Positions 55,681 through 64,000 of a stretch of 64,000 nucleotides of DNA are shown here, piece after piece. The position numbers and the translations under genes were made by a program. The DNA lies in contig NC_043008.1 of the NCBI RefSeq assembly GCF_006345805.1, forward strand, positions 2,046,001 through 2,110,000, read 5' to 3'. Each line of letters opens with the position of its first letter. Positions within the stretch are counted from its first letter, which is position 1. The DNA comes from Octopus sinensis. Its lineage: Eukaryota. The notes beneath the pieces are model-generated. The model was not told where the DNA came from. It saw only the letters and a program-made list of their open reading frames with translations, and searched no databases.

Positions 55681-56565
55681 ATCACAATCAAGGAACGGCC
55701 ATAATAGGCCATTCACCCACTAGAAATAGCAGCCAAAAGCTTTAACCGCAAAATAACATCAATTCCGTAAACCAGGAGAAAATTAAAAAACATTTACCCT
55801 GTAATTTCTTATACGATGCACCGTTTCATCTACTGTTTAATGGTAAACTAACCTGATTAAATTAAATCAAGCCAATCTACCATAGGCCATTAGATTCATC
55901 AGTAAGAAATAGCCAAGTCGAAACAGATATTTTTCACGAGGCATTCCCGTCCCTGCCTCGGCAATATCTGACCTAAAATTTTCAAATCATCGCACTCGCG
56001 CCAAATTTATCGGCAGCAAATAAATATAAGCCGCCGATTCCATTACGGAATTAACCAGAAAATTCATAATTAATCAATATAGGGTGGCAAAAAATTTTGT
56101 AGAATTTTTTTGCCACCAGCGGCCTAGTGGGAAAAAATTAAATAGTCATAGACCATTTTTAAGTTCAAAATCACAATCAAGGAACGGCCATAATAGGCCA
56201 TTCACCCACTAGAAATAGCAGCCAAAAGCTTTAACCGCAAAATAACATCAATTCCGTAAACCAGGAGAAAATTAATAAACATTTACCCTGTAATTTCTTA
56301 TACGATGCACCGTTTCATCTACTGTTTAATGGTAAACTAACCTGATTAAATTAAATCAAGCCAATCTACCATAGGCCCTTAGATTCATCATTGTTATTTT
56401 GCGGTTAAAGCTTTTGGCTGCTATTTCTAGTGGGTGAATGGCCTATTATGGCCGTTCCTTGATTGTGATTTTGAACTTAAAAATGGTCTATGACTATTTA
56501 ATTTTTTCCCACTAGGCCGCTGGTGGCAAAAAAATTCTACAAAATTTTTTGCCACCCTATATTGA
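55681..56565 (-). mobile_element. Penelope pLTR/retrozyme-like element: 489-bp unit + 221-bp partial tandem copy + 174-bp inverted segment
   Basis: 55681-55901 equals 56170-56390 (2 mismatches); 56074-56247 is the reverse complement of 56392-56565; (TA)n on both flanks; contains a hammerhead. Confidence 0.8.
55804..55910 (-). ncRNA. Type I hammerhead ribozyme, fully canonical core, extended stem II
   Basis: atttctta CTGATGA atcta [58-nt structured insert] tagat GAAA cgg-tgca-tcg TA taagaaat. Stem I has 8 perfect bp, stem II base 5 bp, stem III 4 bp, GUA cleavage at 55812. Confidence 0.88.
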
Positions 56566-56569
56566 TAAA

Positions 56570-56601
<32 letters not shown>

Positions 56602-56602
56602 A

Positions 56603-56642
<40 letters not shown>

Positions 56643-57387
56643 TATATATATCAATAATATAAAGGGTAAAATTAATTAATCAATTAATAATTAATAATTT
56701 TACCAAGTATTTCGGTATGCTAAAAGATCCATTATCGGTAACCTTATACAAAAATTCTATACTTATAAGCATGGTTATAATGAATATTCTGCAAATTTGC
56801 TTCACTACATACTGACATTTAGAACTAGCAGTTAAATATTATTCCACTACTATTATTATTGATAATATAATTCAGTCACTGATAGTACACTGCAGTTTCT
56901 GCGGGACTACTCGTAACACACGTGGTTGATTGGGGAAGAATGCGAATACCCACTCGTCCGTATAAATTTGGAAGTACTGGTTTTTGGATATTTGCTATTC
57001 GATGTCGCTTGGTTGAATGCATATTTCAATCATTATTACTCTCAAATTTATAATTTAAATACCATACTGAAGACGGAAATATGTGAGTAAAAATAAAATT
57101 TTACATCTCTTTATTCCAGAAACGCGTATATAGTTGATCAAAGCAAGGCGGATTCGTTATTTTTTCTCTTCACCTGCGTGAGTTGGGAGTATTGCTCTGT
57201 GGGTGATACCTCGTGGTAGTGGTATAGTATTTAACTGTTATTTCTAATTTTTTGTATGTCGTGAAGCAATTTTGCTGAACCATAATTATAAATTGTATAT
57301 GAATATATAAATATATATATTCATATATATATATATATATATATGCACATACATATATATATATATATATACATACATACATGCATG

Positions 57388-57450
<63 letters not shown>

Positions 57451-57828
57451 TTCAGCCATGAGCTCTTAAAGAGCCTCCTCGTTCGAATTGCTGCGCCTCT
57501 GTTCTGTTTTGTTCTGTCAACGGAATTCCTGTTTTTTTCCTGATGAGAAAGCCACAATATGGTACCCTTATTTAATCAGAATTTGGAAATTTGTGGCCTT
57601 TGAAACATGTGTAGAATGTAATAAAAGGAATTCTGTACAATCTTCGTTCAACTCCATTTCTTCCATTCAATAATAATATTAAACTTCAATTATCCGCACC
57701 AACGCACGGTTGCAACACTAAATGGTCTTATCTCCAACCGTGTATTTTCTGCTGTGATTTTTGCTACCCAGGTATCGGTTAAACTTTTGAATAATCTGTA
57801 ACAAGAAATTTCATCTTTCTATTTCAAC

Positions 57829-57897
<69 letters not shown>

Positions 57898-57939
57898 TGT
57901 GTGCGTGTGTTTTTGTATGTGCCTTTTATCGTTTATTGT

Positions 57940-58340
57940 GTCGAATCAAAAGTTCTCTAATATGGTAGTTTAATTGCTCTATCCATCAAATTACGAGAAA
58001 AGCAGCCTAGCATTCAAAATAGGGACCATCTTGTTAGGTACGAAGCAACCGTTCTGACACATTCATCACACCACACTGATTCCAGTTCTTGTCCACCAAG
58101 CGTTAAGGAAATCCATCACCGAAGCCTTAATCAAATCTTAGTTGATGAAGCGTCAAAGACGCAGTAAGTGAACCATGGATGAGAACATGTACAATTCTGA
58201 GGGAGCTATATGCTATTTCAATAACATATTTCAAGAATGTCAATAGTGATTAGAAGAAATTTTCCAGCAAGCATAGCGTCAGCGTTTGCTGCTCCAGAAG
58301 TCAGTAAATGCCATGTACTAAAATGTCGATCTCCTTCGAC
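57940..58340 (-). mobile_element. Degenerate, internally deleted mariner remnant
   Basis: Minus-strand fragments resembling the mariner N-terminus (VEGDRHF...) and C-terminus (MVHLLRL*RFIN...). Confidence 0.45.
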
Positions 58341-58619
58341 AAGGGACCGGACTGCAAGTATACAACTGCGGTTGTATAATTTCCCGTTAAGTCCCGTATC
58401 GAAATTCCGTGTGTGTATGTATATGTGATGTTATGTAGTGTATGGGGTCTATACATGTGAACGAGAATAACTGGGATTTTAACAATGATAATAAATATAG
58501 TGAAATTACTAATGATATATATGTCAAGTTTGGCTTTAGTTTAACTGTTCGTGATTATATTATCTGATAATAGCAAAAATATTAAAAATAACCAAAAAAT
58601 TAGATAATTTCTAGAGTAA

Positions 58620-59090
58620 CAGAAATAACTAGTATGACCATTCACCGCAACTCCAACTGATGTTTCAAAACATAAACAATGTTAACAGCCCTTATCTCCC
58701 CTCTTATTAATACTTCGAATTAATCAATAGATAAACATGTAAATGAAACTTGTGGCGTGTGAATTAAAAAAATTATATCAAAAAGATAACTTGCTCTAAC
58801 AATGTATATTTGAATTTCATGGAAAGAAATTTTATGATATCGGGTCAACAGAAAGTAGAATTAAGATTTGTGTGGCTAACAATTTACAGAGCTTTAAAAA
58901 TGGATAAAAAGGAATTCTACCGGATTAAGTAAGTCTATATGGGGATTAGAAAATAATAATATTGAATTTAATATTAAATAGAGGATTATTAGTTTTGCAA
59001 AGTCACATTAAATCTCGAGTGAAAGGTGTGAGTTGTGTAGTGAAAATGCGTATATAATCCTACACCTAGGAAAAATTTAATAAAAATAAA
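58620..59090 (+). mobile_element. Penelope-like element GIY-YIG endonuclease remnant
   Basis: GSTESRIKI..NNLQSFKN / NSTGLSKSIWGLENNNIEFNIK*RIISFAKSH*ISSERCELCSENAYII matches the PLE endonuclease C-terminal pattern ST-LS--IW-L-------I-W-I...C-LC--EK. Confidence 0.8.
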
Positions 59091-59884
59091 GAAACAATGT
59101 ATCTTGTCTTCCTTCCGCGGAAAATGCTTTCTCTAATTATTATTAAACTTTATACTCATAAAATAGGGTAATATTAAACTATATAGAATTCATACTATAT
59201 CCTCTAACACTTAGGAGACGTATTACCTATTGATATAACAGACTAGTTTTACTGAAAATGTTTCGTAACTATATAAACATTAGCCGAGATAAGTATTGAT
59301 TACACTATTTATGATACATAATATATTCCACTTCATTACCTTAAATTAGCAACTAAAAGTCTAAGAATATCCTAAACACGAATTAATAACCATTATTAAT
59401 GAATTTATTGAGATCAATTTATCACTGCCTATAGAATATAATACGAAACTAATTCTATTAACACTGAGATAAAACAATGTAACAGATTCTTATATATAAC
59501 CAATACAACAGTCTTTATATTTATATCACATTGAATAGTTAGGATTTTTATCTTACGATACATAATATTTCGGCTTATAATCATACATTAATATCGATGT
59601 TAAACTATAATTAGCAATGCTTATAGCTAAAATAATATAGATGAACTAAGTCTCCATGTATTAATAATATCCTGATTTTTTTCTCTACATTAGATTTGTG
59701 ATAATGCAATGCACAAAATCACGATCTGTCGAGGATGTAAAAACATAGCATGTGTCCGTCGTGCTAATTATCTGGCAGGTAAATAACTATGCTTTATGTA
59801 GATGTCATTTTATGTAAATGAATTTAAAAGAATAATAATTGTCAAATCACACTAGCACATAAACAAATATTATCGAATTGTAGG

Positions 59885-59919
<35 letters not shown>

Positions 59920-59922
59920 CAT

Positions 59923-60000
<78 letters not shown>

Positions 60001-60069
60001 GAAACGCTTAACCGTATGTAAACTAATTTAAATTTCACCATCCAATGGGCACTGATTAATACATAGTCA

Positions 60070-60119
<50 letters not shown>

Positions 60120-60125
<6 letters not shown>

Positions 60126-60294
60126 TTTATTTAAAGCAGCAGAATGTTCAACAAAACATGTTACTCTGAGTTTCCCGTTGCCGTTCATCTGACAGTTTTT
60201 GCTAGAATCTAGCAAAAACTGTCCGATGAACGGCAACGGGAAACTCAGAGTAACATGTTTTGTTGAATTTTCTGCTGCTTTAAATAAAGCATAT
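60120..60294. repeat. Near-perfect palindrome (87-bp arms, 1-nt centre at 60207) with a hammerhead-like motif on each strand
   Basis: Arms differ at 3 positions. Plus strand 60213-60262: caaaaactgt CCGATGA a-cg-gcaa-cg-g GAAA ct-cag-ag TA acatgttttg. The mirror copy at 60201-60152 has CAGATGA. Confidence 0.9.
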
Positions 60295-60379
60295 TACTCT
60301 ACCACTGGTATTTGAGTACTCTTTTTTCCACCTTGTTTCACAATTATGTGTTTACTCCGGTATATAGATATATGTCAGC

Positions 60380-60650
60380 TTGTGACTTTAAGAGTTTATC
60401 AAGAATCGAAATGTATTTCAAGCGCCACCAGTGCGCAGGAAATCGCTAGGAATCTCATCACTCAACATTTGCACTTACTGTTTTGCGAAACCAGCCTCGA
60501 GTCATGAGTCTACATCGATGCCAATATCCAATACCTTTTATATGCTTCTTTGTTGCTTTACTTGGAAAAAAATATTCCTGAAATCAATGACGCCTTCACC
60601 CCCTAGAAAGATATGTTTCGCTGCTTTTTGTGATGTTTTGATCGAATAAA
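60380..60650 (-). mobile_element. Possible mariner N-terminal remnant
   Basis: Broken minus-strand frames (GEGVID..., TRGWFRK...) resembling the mariner HTH region. Confidence 0.35.
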
Positions 60651-60669
60651 CGCGCAATTAATATTTATT

Positions 60670-61050
60670 AGGTCCTTAAGGTTACGAGCTGGCAGAATCG
60701 TTACTGCGCCGGTCATTTTGTCCCTCTTCACCTTCTGAGTTCACACACCACCGAGATAAACATTACCTCTCATCCTTTCGGGGTCGGTAAAATAAGTAGA
60801 TATGAACACGGGGGTTGACGAAACTGATTTTTTAATCAAATTTTTAAATCAATATTTATTACGTCCTTAAGGCAGCGACCTTGCAGGATCGTTAGCACAC
60901 CGTACAAAATATTGAGGTTGATTGTGCATTTAATATTGTTTTGGATGGAATCGAAAAAACAAGTACGTGTTGAGCACTGGAGTCATTATAATCGGTTAAT
61001 CTTCTCCCTAAATTTTACAAGCCTTGTGCCAAAATTTAAAAGAAATATCT
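60670..61050 (+). mobile_element. Two degenerate Octopus-type SINE copies
   Basis: 'cgagctggcagaatcgtta...tcatcctttcggggtcggtaaaataagta' family, as at 21975-22385. Confidence 0.7.
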
Positions 61051-61702
61051 AATAGGTCCTTCTAAATTCTTGTTAAGTAGCGGCAGGAAATCGAAAATAC
61101 CTTTAACCATATCTAAGTGTGAACTACCCGGCTACTGGTGGTGCCGTTGGAGACAGCAGAGCTGCTACTTAATGTAAAGGCACATCACACTTACGCCGAC
61201 TTTTGTTATAGTATTTCTGGAGCCGAATACATTACCAATGAGAAATGTGTTATCGTCATCGAGTGCACGCAAGGCAAGAAATAAGTTGTGCGTATTACAC
61301 AAAATCAATAACTCAGATCTTTTTAGTAGTACAGTCGAGTCAATATATATGTAGGCGGTTATTAGGATAAATATTAACTTTCGTATTGCTCAATACGTTA
61401 TACTTGAGTAAATGCATCTACGAATGTTATTTTTAATAGCGATAGTGAAAATATGTATTTAAGCCAAACAGACATTTGCAATATGACAATTCAAAATAAT
61501 AATATTGATTTCTACTATATTATAAATACTCATTTCATAGCTAGTATAATCGATGAATCCAACCTAAATACTTCCATTATAAATAGTGAATCAATTATCT
61601 ATGACGAAAAATGGGTGGCTAGATAAATTACCAACTGTCCAACATAATACACACATATACATACCTATATACGTACACACACATACATACATGCATACAT
61701 AA

Positions 61703-61857
<155 letters not shown>

Positions 61858-62319
61858 TTATACTGTATATGTATATATATATATTTGTGCGATATACTTC
61901 TACTACTATCGATCATTGAAGTGCAGCCATGACAGGAAACAATATTCCATTGTTTTTGTTTGTTTGTTTTTCTTTTTAACCGATAAAACCCACTCATGCC
62001 ACAACTTGTTCGTGTTAATGTGTGGCTAAGTCAGATGTTTTAAAGCAACAAATGTACTAAGAGCAAAATATTACAGCATATAAGGAAACAAAAATAAAAT
62101 CACACAGAACCTAGACACACACACACACACTCACACTCATACAGAGTATCACAAACAAACACCACACATAAACACACATGCACACCTACTAGTAAAAAAA
62201 TATATATATTCTATTGTTCTTTAAATGTTTTCAGTTATATGACTGCAGCGCAGCTGGATTACTGCCTTGAATTATTTTCAATTCTGACACCTTTTTACGA
62301 CCTGAAGTCAGTTTATGGC

Positions 62320-63050
62320 TGTGTTAGTAGCAGCTGATTTTCCCTGAGCGTATATATGCTTAAAAGTTTGGCTTGCCCTGTATTGCCATAGAGAATTTAT
62401 CCAATATATTTTCCTTACTGTTTTAGTAGAGGACCATTTTATATTTCTGATTTCTTTCGGTAGGCAGATCAACACGCAAAGACCTCTGAATATCAGACTG
62501 GAAGAAGTGAGTGTTCGAAGGTGATATATTAGAAAGCTGAGAGTATGTGCCATCGGATGTTAAATTTCCCTCTAATTCCGATATTTGGAACATGCTGCTT
62601 CAAACTTTTCCAAGGGATTAGACACGCTCAGCTTTCAAACGTTCCTAGTAATGAAAGTTTTTAATCGAAGTTATTTTCTGGCTAACATAACTTGTAACCC
62701 TTCATTTTTTCCCATGTGATCGAATGTGCTCGAACACCAAAGCTGTAGATGTAAGCAATAATCTAATCTGGTTTAAACTAAGGTTTTCTATAGAGTCAGC
62801 ATTCCTACCATTTCTCTTGTCATAAAGATTTGCAGGATTCATCCTGTGAGGTGTCTGTATTTAGATGTCAGTTTGGTGATATAGCTGATAGAATGTTCAT
62901 CATTGGATATAACTATCGTTAAGTCTAGCATGTAATTAGCGCTCTGAATCGTACTGTTCTATGGTGTCAAATTGTGCGATCTGTATGGATTCACCTTGGA
63001 ATGAAGAACCTGACATTTTCATTCATTAAATTGCATTTTTTCTTAATTTA
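62320..63050 (-). mobile_element. Decayed CR1/L2-like RT C-terminal remnant
   Basis: DLTIVISND..., KTLV*TRLDYC and HLRTLTSSSLIFRGL resemble KDLGV..D..., KTLVRP-LEYC and RL--L-L-SL--RR. Confidence 0.6.
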
Positions 63051-64000
63051 AAGTTTTTAAAAAACTTTGTATCAACAGCGTGATCTGTAACTTTCACTCA
63101 CTGCATTTCCGAGCTTATGCCAGATTGAGTGATGGTAAATGTTGTTGAAATTTCAATGAAGGATCTTGGATCTTGGTAAGAAACCTTTTCTTTATCTATT
63201 TGCAAGAAAGCTTGAAATAAAACTGAATAATGGCATGCATACATACATGCATACATAGATGCATACGTACATACATACATATATATGCGTGCATAATGCG
63301 CCCAAAAGATCATTCACAAAAAATTATATATGGCTCGTTTTGATTACCGGAATTGGCTGGACAAGTCAGATGTTATTCCTCCCACGCCACTATGAGTGCT
63401 TTATCAGTTATATGATTGAATCCAGAACCGTGTGGTTGGTAAGCAAGCTACTTACCACACAGCTACATTTTACCTCCATGAATTTTATGAAGCAGAAAAT
63501 CTTTTTCATTTAAACTTGTACTTAAATCATCACAAAGAATATAATATAGAGTAGAGACTATGGTAGTTAATGTTTTTCGGTGGTTTTTCAACAGTGATTA
63601 TTAGAAAAACCATATGAAATATCCAGCATTGGGATATTTACTGAATAATATAATAACACATGATATTATAAAGTGATTTATGAAAATGAATGTTCTCATT
63701 TAATTTGCCTTTCTTAAGATCAATAGATAGAAATAAGTGAAAATTATGCTATTTTTAATATTTAATTTGTCATATTGTCCAGCCAGAAGGGAGGTGAATA
63801 AAATAATGCTCTAAATCAAATATAATACACTGTATTTCAATTTGTCCTCCATTTCTGTAGAGTTTATTGAAATATTTGTTAATATAAATCGATCCGACTC
63901 TTATCTCATTGACAATTCAATCAACAAGTCATATATATGTATATATATATTATTTTTTTCTAGTCATTTAAAGGAGAAGAAATTATAGTTAAACAAAATT

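Noticed and set aside
56695-56745. Hammerhead-like remnant ccgataa...ccGAAAtac on the minus strand
   Set aside because: Two core substitutions and no U16.1 or stem I pairing; at most a dead Penelope-type relic.

Overview
AT-rich (roughly one third GC), microsatellite-dense eukaryotic DNA. The SINE and repeat families look like those of Octopus; this is recognition from memory, not a database result. I found no host protein-coding gene I can identify, so the window is probably intronic or intergenic. Almost all ORF-track entries are microsatellite read-through or transposon debris. Recognisable content: decayed non-LTR retrotransposons (an APE-endonuclease LINE, several CR1/L2-like RT remnants, a cluster of R4/Dong RLE-type fragments), a truncated Ty3/Gypsy element with its 5' LTR, several Tc1/mariner remnants, a Penelope-like GIY-YIG remnant, many tRNA-type SINEs and two near-exact tandem duplications. 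The most interesting signal is a set of type I hammerhead ribozyme motifs from unrelated short elements, mostly sitting in (TA)n tracts. One has a fully canonical core and a long stem II, inside a structured 489-bp partial-tandem plus inverted unit (55681-56565, Penelope pLTR/retrozyme-like). One has an intact core at 2963-3015. One is an 87-bp-arm palindrome carrying a hammerhead-like motif on each strand (60120-60294). All folds and translations were worked out by eye.
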